This document shows, piece after piece, positions 14,921-28,343 of a DNA stretch of 64,000 bases. Location of the stretch: assembly GCA_020536535.1 (NCBI GenBank), contig JAHLWZ010000448.1, positions 87,132 to 151,131 on the forward strand. The letters are read 5' to 3'. Position numbers and translations under genes: made by a program. The notes under the pieces are model-generated. The model was not told where the DNA came from, ran no database searches, and saw only the letters and a list, made by a program, of their open reading frames with translations. Position 1 is the stretch's first letter. Every line of letters begins with the position of its first letter. The stretch comes from Pelomyxa schiedti (taxonomy: Eukaryota; Protista; Evosea).

Positions 14921-16995
14921 ATGAAGGATGAGGAAGCAAGGCTCCTGGGCGCGGCGTCGTCGTCTCCTACGACTTGTTCCTTTGGTTCGAAAAACGTTGT
15001 GCGTGAAACACAACGAGGCGATGTTGTTGCAACCGAAACAACAACCACAAAGAGCTGCAAATTGAGCAGGTTCCACGTAATGATGTTGGCTTGGTTGAAT
15101 GTGGTGTTACCTTGCCAAGAACTAATGTTGGTGTCAGCAACACCAGAAATTTCCAACGAATATGGACTGGAGTACATTGGTATTAATCTTTTTTTTTTTT
15201 TAATTTCAAGTCATGGCTTATCTTATGCTCTTTGGCGCACAAAACACAGGGTGGGTGCAGTCAGGTTTCATGTTGAGCGGAGTTGTAACTGTACCTCTAT
15301 TTGTTCAGCTTGGAACAAAGTTTGGCAGGAAGTCTGTGACTATAGTCGCTGTGGCACTTTACTTAGTGGTCACAATTGCAGCTGGCTTCTCCCCTGGAAT
15401 TTTCTACCTCATACTCTGCCGACTCCTCCAGGCAAGGAAAACTTTCAGTTGTCAGTGCTACAAGTAATTTTTCCATTAGGGTGCGTGTGCTGGAATCATC
15501 CCAGTCATCCTTTCCGAGGTGAGGGAGTATGGGGCACAGGGATCTGATGCAGTCCTCTATTCCATGAACGGCATGGGCATCGTATTGGGCTTGATATTGG
15601 GAGGTCTCCTAGTGTCAGTTCTAGACTGGCACTACCTCTTTTTTGTTGTGGGCTTTTTGGTTCTTATACCGCTCAGCTTAATATTGCTCTCGATGGTCCC
15701 AGGATGGTCAAAAATAATGCCTCTCTCCAACATAAGAAAGGTAAATTGGATAAACACGAATTGTAATAATGCAATAACTAAGGAAGCACACGTTGATGTT
15801 GTTGGATGCAGTCAACTTGGCTTGGCATCTCTTTTTTTGATGATCACAATTACGGAAGGAGATGTATGGGGTTGGTATTCTACAAGCACCATATTCGGAT
15901 TTTTGCTGAGTGGATGTCTATTTTGGTTATTCACAATCTGGGAGCTTGGAAGAGAGGCCCAAGGCAAGTCAGTTGTGTTTTCCATCGCAATTCTGTTTGG
16001 CCAGGCAATGATTGTCATTTCTTGTAGTAAGTTTTACCTTTTTTTGTCCATGAAAATTCTAAAATTCAACAGTTGCTGTATTGAATGCTGTAGTTTCGAA
16101 CGGATTTTACCAAGTGATGCCTTTTTTCATGGGGGCTCCAATTGGAGCTCCAACCAATGGGTTGGGGATTGACGAGCAATGGAAAGTTGGACTTCTGATG
16201 AGCATTGTTCCATTTGAATTCATCATTTTCTGTTTTCTTGTCAGCATGTTGGCAAAAAGGAGGCTGTGGGTGATAATAATGGTTTCATTGGGAAGCTTTG
16301 CACTCTGCATCGCATTTCTTCTTTTTCTCGTTGCTGATGAAGTGTGGAATACCGCTCTCTTGGAGGCTCTGCTTGGAGCGGCATTTGTATTTTCCAGTGT
16401 TCCTGTGATTTCAGCTGTTGGGTACATCACAGTCTTCATTTCCTTTTTCCTAAATATGATTCTTTCCAGGCACCTGGTTCCAGACAACTGTTACCCATCT
16501 GCAGTGGCGTTCCTGCAGTCGGAACGTTTCTTTGGGCAAGCTCTGGGACCAATTTTGGTGAATGCAGTGATGGATCAGAACGCAGTGACAATGGTAGTTG
16601 GGTGTAGTAGTGCCTCAGGAGGAGCGTCGTCGTCATCGGCAGAATCATGTGGAACCAATGAAATTTGGCCAACATCAAAGGGATTTACGATTATGTGGAT
16701 TATGCTTGCCGCCATTGCACTCTTGAGCTGGGGATTTTCGATGCTGTTTTATTTATTCCCTGTAAGAGAGGTTCCAGAGTTCTATTCAGTTCCACCACCT
16801 GCAGTGCCTCTTTCAACTTCTTCCCGTTGGAGAAATCCATTTCGAACTCGGAGACGGCGAGTTACACTTCCAGATTATTCTGGCAACATCCTCACATCTC
16901 CTCCTGAAAATGCAAAGCTTGTTGTTACAGCTGATGGAACGCCACGTGCCTATTTTGTTTCTGACAGTAAGAGTCCCAGTGGAAGACGTGGCTAA
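14921..16995 (+). CDS. Major facilitator superfamily transporter (DHA2/EmrB-like), multi-exon
   Basis: LVSATPEISNEY, motif-A-like LGTKFGRKSV, LCRLLQ(G), GLILGGLLVSVLDWHYLFF, RFFGQALGP and many hydrophobic helices. Confidence 0.85.
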
Positions 16996-17679
16996 CTTAC
17001 CTCAGGCTCAATTGGTGGAACAACTGGGTATTGCTCCAACATGTATGGGGAACTAATTGCTTATGTCAAGGAAACACAAGGCAACATTTGTGTTTTATCC
17101 AAGTTGTCTCTTCCTCCTTGTATTTTTTTTTCCTTCCAAATTAATTACGGGTAGGGCCTCGGAACTTCTTGGGAAAGTGAATGAAGTAACTGGCCAGTTA
17201 ATGACCACTGACAACACGGGACTACGGGCTTACATAGCCAACATAAAAGAGAATTCATTATTCCTTGCCACTAACGAGTATGAACCTCTTGGAAATATTT
17301 CCTGTTCCACTGGCCAGTTGCTTGCTCCAGATGGCAGCAGGTTACTTTGCCAGTTCTCAAATGTTGACAGGACAAACTGGTACACTATTTTTATTCACAA
17401 CACACAAGAGTATAGGCCTTGATGACCAACCTTTCTTTCACAAACAAACAAAGGTTACTGATCATTGCTTACTTGTGCCTCATTGACCCAGGCGTACTTC
17501 ATACTTAAATCGCAAAGAAATTTGGTTGTCAACTGACATATGGATCAGTGGGCCAGTGAGGAATTACAGCTAGGTGCACCTACCTGGATCCTTGTCCCCC
17601 TACTAAAGACAAAGAAAAAAAAAAATTGGTTGTCACATAGTGACAGGACGCAATAATCGTTATCGGTGACTCCAACAAA

Positions 17680-18130
17680 TGCGGGGACAAGGTGGTGTGT
17701 GGCGGCGACGGGTGTGTGGATTCCAGTGGGGCAGCGACAGGCACAGCGGTGGCTGCCATGGGGGGGGCTACATCATTGGTGACACCAAGTGCGGCGACGA
17801 GTGCAGGCGACCCGAGTGCGGGGATGGGTGTGATGGTGGGACGAGTGCAACAAAGGGTACTTCAACTGGATTGCTACAACAGGTGCCACACTACTACGGT
17901 GTTGATGGTAATGCAGCCTTGATTTTCATATATTGATGTTGTGTAGATGTAATAAATGTTGATAGTGACGACTCTGGTGATAGAAACTCATCAAGTTCCT
18001 CTTTCTGTATGTGAATTTAATTGAAAAATACAAAGAGGTTAACCCTGCACTTGTTGCCGCACCCGTCGCCGCAACCGTTGCTGTACCCTTCACCACACCC
18101 CTTCGCTGCACCCGTCACTACACTCGTCTA
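17680..18130. repeat. Foldback-like element: GC-rich ~12-bp subrepeats in opposite orientation around an AT-rich core
   Basis: gcggcgacgggtg / gcggcgacgagtgca units at 17700-17860; reverse-complement units cacccgtcgccgc, cacccgtcac and cactcgtc at 18045-18128. Confidence 0.55.
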
Positions 18131-18249
18131 ATTCTTTCTCAAATAAATTAATGGTAAAGTGGTTGATCTTCAGTTCTGAAGACTTTTTGAATGAAGATAC
18201 TTCTTCTCTTAGTGTATAACGAAATCCATGACAGTGACTTTTGCAGAAT

Positions 18250-19150
18250 CCCCCCTCAAGAGATTCTAGTCCTCCTGACCTTCATGAACAGGTGAACTAT
18301 GGAGTCTTGATGTTCATGAACATGTTGTCGTGAAACAACCAAATGTGAAATTGCCACGGTTGTCACTCAGACATCTGCACTTTGTTGCTTATAATGATCA
18401 CTGAGGTCAGTGCCTTCTTCAGCAGGCTCATGGTGTTTTCCTCTGCTGTGCCCCATTTCCATTCCCCTGTGAGGCGTTTGTTCAAGGTATGCACCTTGTC
18501 AATGTAGTTCTTGATGTACTTACGATAGATAGTCTGAGTTCTCCTTGCTCTTTGGTGCTGGCATGTCAACAATAGTTCCTATCTTGTCTGGGTCCGGTCT
18601 GCAGCTTTGACCAGTATGAATTCTCCCAAAGATGTGTTGTTGACGTTACTCCAGGGGCATACACCTGCTTCTTCCTTCTCGAGTCTCCGCTTCTCTGAGT
18701 TCACAGTATTGCGTTTGATATTGATTGGATGTCTGTTAGTTCTATTCTGTAGTGCTCTAGCCCTTGATCTCTCCAAGCTCTTCCGGCTTTACAAAAGTCA
18801 CAGCCCACCTTAGGTTCTTGAAAATATAAAAAAAAAATTCGTTTTGGTGAATCCGAGTCTTGTTCTCAGTCGTGGGTGGCGGGAAAATCTCTTTTGGATT
18901 TAGCTGGCCCAAAGGGTGGAACTGTGCCTGGTCCTGCAGCAGTCCTCGTGTCTGGAAGGGAGAAAGGATTTTTTTTTGCCCAAGAGTCACCAGTCCACTC
19001 TTCAACGATTTCTTGAACATCAGTTGAAGCTGTGCCATGTCAATCCCATCAGAAGGAGATGTTGGGAATTTGATTGTTGACATCAAAGGCATTTTGTCCT
19101 TGAATGTCTCCCCCTGGAAGAAGAAGAAATCGATGTTAAAATTGACCACA
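18250..19150 (-). pseudogene. Decayed reading frame of unknown origin
   Basis: ORFs 18579-18776 and 18363-18572 are in the same frame, separated by one TAG, with more stops downstream. No family recognised. Confidence 0.3.
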
Positions 19151-19475
19151 TATATATAGGGTAGAGAGATAGGTTAAATACATCAACACACAACAGTGGG
19201 CCACTGTATCATAGCATACCCAACCAAGAAGGTGTTTCGTCTAATTGGTTACATATTACACAAAACACCAAATAAAAAGAACCATAAATAAAAACGTCTG
19301 TAGTACAAAGTGGCTGAATAAAAAAAACACCAGACCCCATTGGCAAGTGGTTTGACTTGGCAAAAAAAGGCTTCTGAAAAGAGACCATCTTCCAACGAAA
19401 ACCCCAAGACACCCTCTAATGGTTTTTTTTGATTTAGAGAAAAGAATACAGAGCAAAATGGTTCCAATTATTTGT

Positions 19476-20912
19476 TCAGAGCTCTTTCATTACATCTGTT
19501 GCCAGAGTTAGTGTAAAACGGCATTTTACTTTTTTACATGGTTCTTTTTTTGCTTGCTGTTCTTGTACCCTTTGTAGTGCATTCTGAGCCTCGTCATCAC
19601 CTTTTTCGGCTGCAAGTTGATACAGCCTAGCAGCTTCCTGTATGTCAACCGGAACACCAAGTCCCAATTCATAACATTTTCCAAGAAGAGCATACCCCAA
19701 AACACTACCTTTCTGGACTGCGGTCTTTAGCAGTCTCACTGCTTCTTTCTCATCTCGCTTAATTCCCCCAACACCCCTCAAATGCAGTCCAGCCAGGCCA
19801 GCTTTACCATCAGCATTTCCACCTTTCGATGCTTTTTTGAACAGCTTTGCGGCCTGTTTGTCATCGGTGGGTACACCCAAGCCAAGTTCATAGCATCTCC
19901 CTAGGGTTGCCTGTGCTTCATGGTCTCCATCTTTGGCGGCAAGTGTCAACAACTCTACAGCTTTTCTTTCATCTTTGTCAACTCCATGTCCTACCAGATA
20001 CATAGACCCAAGTGTGGTCTGTGCCTTTAACTCTCCTTTCTGGGCTGCAATAGAATACAACCGGGTGATTTCACCATAGTTTGGTTCCCCGTTATTGTCA
20101 ACAGCAGATAACGAGATGATGGCATCAATGTTCCCCTGCTCAGCAGCCAAAGCAAACAGTTTTTTCGCTTCCGCCTCGCGCTCTTCCTTTGGCAGTGTGC
20201 TGTCCTCCTGATGCAGCCACAGGACACCCAGGTTGTACTGGGCATCGGCATACCCCTGTGCCGCAGCGTACCCATACATCATAGCCGCGTTCTCCAAGCT
20301 CTTCTGCAGCCCCCCAAGCCCCCTCTCATACATATAGCCCAAGTTATTCAGCGCAGCCGGCAAGCCCTGGTCCGCAGCCAGAGTGTACAACACCACGGCA
20401 TATTCCAGGTTCTTCTCCACCCCCTCACCAGACTGGTACAACTGGCCAAGAGAAAACTGAGCCGGTGCATACCCCCTGAAGCTCGCCATTCCCAGAATTT
20501 GAGCCGCCTGCTCGTCGCTCTGCCTCACGCCGAAGCCGGTGCGGTAGCAGTTGGCCAGATTGACCTGGGCGCCGGCGTGGCCCCGCGCGGCCGCGTGCTC
20601 GAATTGCACAAAGGCAGCGATGGGGTCGTAGACCGCCGGGTCCGTGGAGGTCGCCAGTTCGACGCCGCGGGTGTTCATCTCGTCGGACGCGGCGTCCGAC
20701 AGGCCGCACTCGTCGGCTTCGCAGCGCCGGACGCCGACCGGGGTCTTGTCGCTCTCCGAGACTGTGAATGGGGACTTGGCCTTTGGCGACGATTTCTCGA
20801 CGTCGCTCAGGGGTCTTGGCCGGAACGAGCTGGACGTCCACAGCTGCGGGGGCCGCGAGGCTCCCACAATTACCAAGCACAGCGCCACCAGTACCGCAAC
20901 CACCCCTCTCAT
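19476..20912 (-). CDS. Secretory-pathway Sel1-repeat protein with a KDEL-like end
   Basis: True ATG at 20912 gives the signal peptide MRGVVAVLVALCLVIVGA. About 9 Sel1 repeats (AQFSLGQLYQSGEGVEKN, AQTTLGSMYLVGHGVDKD). C-terminus VMKEL*. Confidence 0.85.
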   Translation of the reverse strand: MRGVVAVLVALCLVIVGASRPPQLWTSSSFRPRPLSDVEKSSPKAKSPFTVSESDKTPVGVRRCEADECGLSDAASDEMNTRGVELATSTDPAVYDPIAAFVQFEHAAARGHAGAQVNLANCYRTGFGVRQSDEQAAQILGMASFRGYAPAQFSLGQLYQSGEGVEKNLEYAVVLYTLAADQGLPAALNNLGYMYERGLGGLQKSLENAAMMYGYAAAQGYADAQYNLGVLWLHQEDSTLPKEEREAEAKKLFALAAEQGNIDAIISLSAVDNNGEPNYGEITRLYSIAAQKGELKAQTTLGSMYLVGHGVDKDERKAVELLTLAAKDGDHEAQATLGRCYELGLGVPTDDKQAAKLFKKASKGGNADGKAGLAGLHLRGVGGIKRDEKEAVRLLKTAVQKGSVLGYALLGKCYELGLGVPVDIQEAARLYQLAAEKGDDEAQNALQRVQEQQAKKEPCKKVKCRFTLTLATDVMKEL

Positions 20913-20949
20913 TCTCGTTTGAAATTTTTGTTGTCTCCCGTTTCGCGAA

Positions 20950-23811
20950 ATGTCGGGTGAGGAGTCATCCGTGTTGGTCGGGGGCGACGCCAACAGCCCG
21001 TCGGAGCGTCAGCAGCTCGAGCTGTTGCAACAAGGGCGCTTGCAGCCTGCAATGGCGTCGTCAGTCCCTGTAACCGTTGCCGAGAGCACCAGTACAAACG
21101 CAACTGCGTCCAAGCTGGACAACAAGGGCCAGGATTCGGGGGTGACGTCACCGTCAACGGTGGGTCACGGTGATGGGGCCGTGCTGGCTCAGAGTGGGAA
21201 TGGGAATGGGACTGGGACTGCGAATTCGGGTCACAACAATGGCCACGGGCGTGGCCACCGGTGTGCCAACTGCCCAAATCGCAATCGCAATCACACCCAT
21301 AATCCGGGGCATTGCGACGAAGGCAGTGGTGGGAAGAGTGGCGAGTGCCGCTGTCAGGGAAGATGTGCCCAACTACATAGTAAACTGCAACCCAAAGATG
21401 AAGACGGTATGTGCCCTCTCTATCCGTGTCCTCTCTTTTTTTCTTTCCCATTAATTCTCATTTTTTTTCTTTCCTCTGCTTGGCACTCTGCAGTCAAAGG
21501 TATGGGCCCACACTTAAGACACACTACCCTGAAAACCCACCAGATATTATTACCGCGGCCAAGTTAGGAGTACTAAGCAAGGTAGTTCAATTCTGTGAAG
21601 AAAGCCCTGAGTCTGTGAACATGAAAGACCCCGCTGATTCGGCCACACCCCTTCACTGGGCCAGGTTCGTAAATAGCAGCAAGTTTCACTCTCAAATTTC
21701 GTTGAACCAGTTATAATGCACACTTTGATGTGGTTAAATTTTTGGTCTCTCGAGGAGCCGACCTTGAGGCATCAACAACTTCCGATAAAAGGTATTCTTT
21801 TGTGCCAAATTAATCACTCTAAACAAAAAGAGGACTCCACTTCACTGGGCCATTGTGGGTGGAAACCTAGGTGTCGTCTCATACCTCATCAAGCAGGTTT
21901 ATGTTTCGTTGGCACAAGGGCTCTCATAATAAATGTAGGGTTCTGATGTGAGTAGATTAGATTCACGAGGCTATAACCCTCTCCATATCGCTGTCCAGCA
22001 TGGTTCGGACAAATGTGTTTTTTACTTTACTTTGATGGGGATCTCCATTGATGCAAGAGGTATTAATGGAACACTTGGATAATACTAAGAAATCAAAGAT
22101 TCAGAAGGGCACACTCCTCTTCACTGGGCTGCCTACGAAGGAAATGATATCGCACTTCGATTCCTCATTAACCACGGAGTATTTCACCCAAATTTTCTCA
22201 GTGGACAATAGTTTATTCACTCCTTAAGGCCAATTTAAATCACCTCGACTCTAGTGGAAAAACACCTCTACACTGGGCGGCAATTAAAGGAAACCTGTTT
22301 TGTTGTAGGGTTGTAATTCGTGATATTTTCTCTTCTAAATCTTAGAAGATATTATTGTCAGAAGGAGCTGACCCACACCACCAAGACAACACAAGGCAAG
22401 TCAATATTTTCGAAAAAGTTTACTCACGTTGAATCCAGTTCAACACCATTGGTATATGCTTTTGAAAAGAAATTTTTCCCGATAGCAAGGCTTTTAAGAA
22501 TGGCCATGCGAAAGTCTCTTTTCAAGAAGGTACCATAATTTCTCCCCTTTCTTTTTCTAAATCAACAAAGAACTTAGAAAGGCTGAACCCACTTTGGGTC
22601 TTTCTGGGCCTTTCTTCAGTAACCGTGTCCACTTTTTTGATTGCAACTTTACCGTTACTACTGGCTATTTTTATCATTTTCGTTTTCACAATGGTCATCG
22701 TTGGTGTCACTCCTCATCGATGTCCCTTGTAGGACTTCCACTTTTTCCTTATCCACTAAAAAATAACAGGGAAGGAATGAGCCAAAAGAATCCACTCTGG
22801 TTATGCATTTTTTGTAGTGGCTTAGCCACGTCTGCCTTTATCTACTTTCATACCTTAATACATGGTAGTTGTTTCCTTGTCTATACACTCGCGTAATGCC
22901 GTTCCTTCGTCAGAATTGGGTGTTGTCTCCAACTTACTCTTTATTGCTGCGAATTTTGCAATGATGTATGCCTACTACTTTATGGCTACTGGTGATCCTG
23001 GATTCCTTCCCCAAAATACCATAACTTTAGCGGTATTTTGACCGTTGCCGTAATTACTCTCAAACTCCATAAGAAACTTGAAGAGCTTATCAGCACTGAT
23101 GAACTCTCCAAAAAGGACATCTGCCTTCACTGCTCCGTAATTGTTCATTCCTTTTACGTATTCTAATGGATTTCTCAAGACTTTACGTCCACTGCGTTCC
23201 CGGCATTGCTTTACATGTGACCGATGCGTTTCTCGGTTTGACCATCACTGTGCATGGGTGAACAACTGTGTTGGATTTAAAAATCACCGAGTTTTTCACT
23301 TCCTCACTTTCATGACAACAATGTTACACGTTGTTTTCATTCTCATGTGCATGTCATGTGTGCATTCCTCACTACCCTATCCATTTTTTCCTAATGGATT
23401 TTTTGAAGATATTTACCATTCATGCTACCCCGACATCCTGAGGGTATTCTCACTTGACACCCTCAGAATCATTCTAAGGGAAAAGCTTATACTGTGGACT
23501 ATCCTGTTTCATCTAGGGTTTTTCTCTTGGGAATTCCAGGTGAGAAAGACCTTTCTTAAAAACTGCTCCAACATTCACTCCCCTCCTTTCAGGTTGCGTT
23601 TTTCCAGACTTGGTGTGTTCTACGGAACGTAACACTGAATGAGCATTTCAACTGGCAGAAAATTCCTTGGCTGCAATCGGCATCCGGCACGTTTCGAAAC
23701 CCCTTTGCTCATGGGATGACCAGAAATCTTGTGGAATTCTACACCAGCAGTGTGGACTACAGCAACATCTTTTCTATTGAAAACCCAACTGCATTGGCGG
23801 AAATTGTATAG
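20950..23811 (+). CDS. Ankyrin-repeat DHHC palmitoyltransferase (Akr1/ZDHHC13/17 type), multi-exon
   Basis: Repeated TPLHWA ankyrin exons, [58 protein letters not shown]. Confidence 0.92.
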
Positions 23812-23882
23812 GGTCTTTCTTATGTAAGGGTTAAAACAAAATGTCCAAAAACTTTTGGTTTTTTTCTTTTTTTTAGTACGTT

Positions 23883-25586
23883 TCACACTGTTACTACTGA
23901 TGATAGGGTGATAAAGGTTACACCAATGATGGTGACTAGGAAGGCAGCACCAAGCATGAGCAATGGTATTTTGTCTGTGATTTCTCTAAATACAATTACA
24001 CCCCAGAGAGCAGCAACAATGCCGGGGCCGGTAGCGCATATAGGGAAGGTAATGACCATAGACAAGTTGGAATTGGCTACAAACATGGCTATTTGGGCAA
24101 CAGCCCAAATCTATAGGGATTTGAGAGATGTCTTGAAGACGAGGAGAAACATACACAGCCAGATACAAAACCTTGAGAATAGGAAAACGAGGGACCATTA
24201 GTAAGTTTTGGGTAGGTGGGAAAAGAAATACCAGGAAGTATTGCTGAAGGAAAAACGACTGGAACGTTCTTCTTGAAAATGCAATACACAAGCAAATAGA
24301 ATGTACTTGTAGCCAGGATGCCGCAAAAGTGGCTGAAAACGTAATCTATTCCATTACTACTGTGCCCTTCGTCTGCATTGTCAATAAGATACTGCGGGGG
24401 ATCGAAATTTGCGCCATAGAAACATCCACTAATTAGTGCTAGTACAACACCCAGTATTTTCTACCGAAATATTAAGTCGTTATTCTGTAAATACATGCGA
24501 AGGTTTCAAATGTAATGAACCTTTTGGGTATTGGTCAATTTATCAAGCATTGGCTTCGTCTTAGGAGGCGTGTAATTCACTAGCAGGGGATTACTGGTTT
24601 CTTCATCACTGGACTCTTTATCGCCAGGTTTAGTTTGTACAAATGCAAACAATATAACTGCACAAGCGCATATTGCTGCTCCAATGTAGTTGAATATTGG
24701 AGAACTCACTTGACGAAACTAAGACTTCGCTAAAAAGAAGGAGTAATAAATACCTTCTTGCTTATCGAGTCCAAAAAGTCCAAATGTGCCACTGCACCAG
24801 CCCATGAGGAGATTCGTCTACAATATCTTTCAGTACCAAGCAGAGAAATTGTGGAGGGTTGCAAGTGATTTGTGCTTGTTTAGAAACTCACCACCCCCCA
24901 CAAAGACAAACCAAGGGCAAGCCCAACAAGCTTGATAATAGGAACGGCCAATATATTTCCTAATATTAGAAAAAGACCGCAAATTAGATGATGCAACGCA
25001 AGAAGAGACGTCACCTGAGCACCACAAAACTCCACCAAGCATTGCCAAGGGCTCGAACTTGGAAAGGCGTATTCCATTTACAATAAGCCCGCAGCACCAA
25101 ATTCCAATGCACATGACCCATTGGAAGAACACACTATCTCGGTATTAGTAGGCTCAACTAAGTTTTCACAATTAAAGTAAAGGAAAGAGTAGATTGTACC
25201 CGTCTCCTGTCTTGAACTTTTTCACAGGAACTGGTGTTTGTGTTTTCTTAATAAAGACCCAAAGGGAAAAAACAAGACCACTCACCAAAGTTGCTCCCAA
25301 ATCCAAGTACTGAGATTGTTACAGCGATAAATCCAACAGTCATTTGCACTGCATCAGACCAACCAGACGATGAGGACGATGAAGACCAAGATTGCGATGG
25401 AGACGAAAAAGACTCCCACACAGAAGAAATATACGACGAGTACGAAGAGGAATCGGACTTGGAAGAACTCGACGTCTGCGCGTTTACAACGACGACCAGC
25501 GACGTCAACGCCAGCATGAAACAACACCCACCAGGACCAACAAACCCAATCCCTCTACGAGATCTCGTCATCTTCGGTATCACCAC
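23883..25586 (-). CDS. TMEM144: Transmembrane protein 144 family (DMT-type transporter), multi-exon
   Basis: GFGSNF.PVKKFKTGDG, FFQWVMCIGIW, FEPLAMLGGVLW, GNILAVPIIKLVGLALG, ITFPICATGPGIVAALWGVIVFREI. Confidence 0.88.
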
Positions 25587-25837
25587 CCCCTCGCTGCTTG
25601 CCGTATGCTTATTTTTATTCGAATGTCTGTACGAAGGGAAAAATAAAGAAAGAAATTTCAGTGGTGATTCGGCCTACAGCTGCGCAGAAAATTTTTATTG
25701 GATCTCCAGATCCCCACGGTGACACACCAGGTTCATTGAGGCCTCACTAATTGAAAAAAGAAAGTGTTAACGTGCTGCCCCTGTCAAAAGTTTGGTGGTA
25801 ATCTTACAATCAGTTTGAAGGAAAAGTTTTACTGTTA

Positions 25838-26534
25838 TCACTGCATAAATATTCTTTGTCCAAGCCTTCTTACTTTTGTATCAAATGCAGTGGATGTGAT
25901 AGTGGTGTTTGGTACATAAAAAGGATTCAGAAGAACCTGTTTGTTGGGGAAAAAAAAACCAGAATTAGTAAAAATCTTGCGAGGCAATTTGGAGACCTTT
26001 AGATAAAGCTCATGAACTTCAGTAAAGAATGTTCGAATTGCAGTGTCGAATTTGACGGTGCTGTCTTCTTCCTTGTTGTGGAGTAAAAGAAATTTAACAT
26101 CTGGAAATAACATTGTTTAGTGCAAGTGGTAATCATGCGATATTTACATACGGCCAGATGTAACCCAGGCAGATATAGACATTTTTGCAAAGCGATCAAC
26201 GGCTTTTAAATACCTGCAAAGCAACAAAGATATACGTAACCAAAGCAAAAAAAAGTTCTACGGAGTACATGTCTTTGACTTTCCACTTTTGTTCATCCAC
26301 CAAGTCCAAGGCAGAGTGCAATATAAAGTGATTTAAATGCATTGATTCTTGCTTGTTTCAAAAACAAAGCAAGTAAGGGTCAGTAACAATGCCTGAGGGA
26401 AAAGAAAAAACGCGATGCCAAACACATTAAAATTTCCCTGCCTTTGGAGCACTGAAGTCAGCTTCATATATCGGATTGTCGTTTGTTCCCACAATCACGA
26501 ACATGCACACCATCCCACCCTTGCCTCCGGACAT
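25838..26534 (-). CDS. TRAPPC2: TRAPP complex subunit 2 (Sedlin/Trs20), multi-exon
   Basis: [78 protein letters not shown]. Confidence 0.93.
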
Positions 26535-26604
26535 TTTCGGCACAAAACAAAGATTGATCCAATGAAATCTCCAAACAGGAAAAAAAACCGTGTGAAGGGA
26601 CAGG

Positions 26605-28343
26605 ATGGGCGACTGCGTCCGTTGCCCGAGCGTCCACCAGTCGTGCACTTATGGGACAACTGCAACGACCCACTGTTGCGTGTTTTGCTTGTTGCCACAA
26701 ACTGTTTTTGTTCATATCATTGGCAAATTGGACGAGAGCTCTGCCCTGTGCATGGTAGCCTTGGCCCACAAACCCATAACTGCGGCCGTTGTTGCTGCTA
26801 CCAATCTCGGCCTCATTCACGTAACTGCCATTGGTGCGTCTGTGTTTATGTAGATAGTGGAGCGGGTAACTGCTGTCATTAAATTTTTTTTGGCCTGAAT
26901 ATGGTGCTGTTGCATTTTGTGACCATCAAAAACTAAGGTTGGAAGAGGTCTGTTGTGTATAATTTTGGAGTTGGCCTCACTTGCCACTCATGGCACCCTC
27001 ATTTGACCCACCTTGCTGTCTGTCCTTCATCAAATAAAGTTGAGGTGTGACACAGTGACACTCCTTTCTTCTCCAGTGACTATTGTAGGTTTGGAAAGTA
27101 ACAAAAGCTGAATCTGGTTTCTCAGTGCATAAGGTACCGAAAATATAAACGATCCTGGAAATAAGTAACAATCTAGTCTGCGACGCTCCATATTGAGGAT
27201 GGTTGTGACGACCACATACAACCAATCACATGTGTTGATTGGGGGTTAAATGGCTACCAACTAGTATATGGTTCAGAGGATCACATGGTTTCCGTCTGGA
27301 TGAGAGCCTCAGATGAGACTTTCAGCTGTTTTTATGATCACCCAGCTTGGGTCAGGTAATTGTTCTTTTAAACATGATTGATATCAATTTCACAAAGGAA
27401 CCTGCAAACATAACTAGAAGGGGGATAAAAAATCTGAAGTGCAATCCCTCGAACCCTGAACATGCTTATGCTTGTGGATCGGCTATTTGCCTCACTTGGT
27501 ATTATGACGGTTGTCCTCCTTCCTTTTTTTAATGCACTAATAAATTTCCGATCAAGAGTGTAATAGGTGGACATCTCGAAGACTTAAAGTTCACGCCCAT
27601 GCAGTTACCTGTCTTGCCTGGCACCCAAATAAGGTTGTACCGCAATAAATTTCCTAGACTTAGGAAATGAATTAAAGATTTACCTCCCTAGATTCTGCTT
27701 GCCAGTGGTTCAATTGATGGCGCTGTCAAAGTGTCCATGTTTGCCACCATGGGTACATTTTTTTCACCTTTCAATACTCATTAAGTTAATATACAGCCAC
27801 CCGCAAAACGGTAAAGAACACCCATTGTGAGTTCTCAAGTGACACTGGGGCCTGGGTTCATGCTGTATGCTGGTCTCCTCAAGGAAAACTTGCTTGCTCT
27901 TCCCACAGTAGCACAATTTCCATTATTGGTAGCCTTCCTTCCTCTCAAGGCTGTGACTTACTTGACTTTAGATTACCACAGACCCGGAAAACCCAAGACA
28001 CAAATTTCCTTTCCAATGCTCCCAATGACTGGGATTGGGTTTGTCTCTGAAAATCTGCTTATTGCATGCGGTCATGACTCTGTACCTTTTATCTTTGGGT
28101 GCAGTGAATCAGGTACTGGCCCCATATTGTGTGGGTGAGAATTTTCCAACCATGGTTAATGTAGGTGGGACGTGGAGGTTGATTTCTGGGATATCCACAA
28201 CTGGTGTACTTTTTTCAGTTGACCACCGCTACTACTATCGAGAGGTAGAACCCACTACAAGTTCATCCCAGTTTTTCCCCAATAGAAGCTGTTTCAGCAC
28301 TGCAGATTCCAAGGGCTGCGTTGCATTGTGGGAACCCCTCTGA
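26605..28343 (+). CDS. Divergent ARPC1-like WD40 protein (Arp2/3 subunit 1 family), multi-exon
   Basis: VTCLAWHPNK, LLASGSIDG, GAWVHAVCWSPQGKLACSSHSSTISI, LPMTGIGFVSENLLIACGHDSVPFIF and FSTADSKGCVALW parallel ARPC1 blades. Confidence 0.68.

Noticed and set aside
18579-18581. In-frame TAG as readthrough or a variant genetic code
   Set aside because: TAA, TAG and TGA all end conserved genes in this window, and more stops nearby point to decay.
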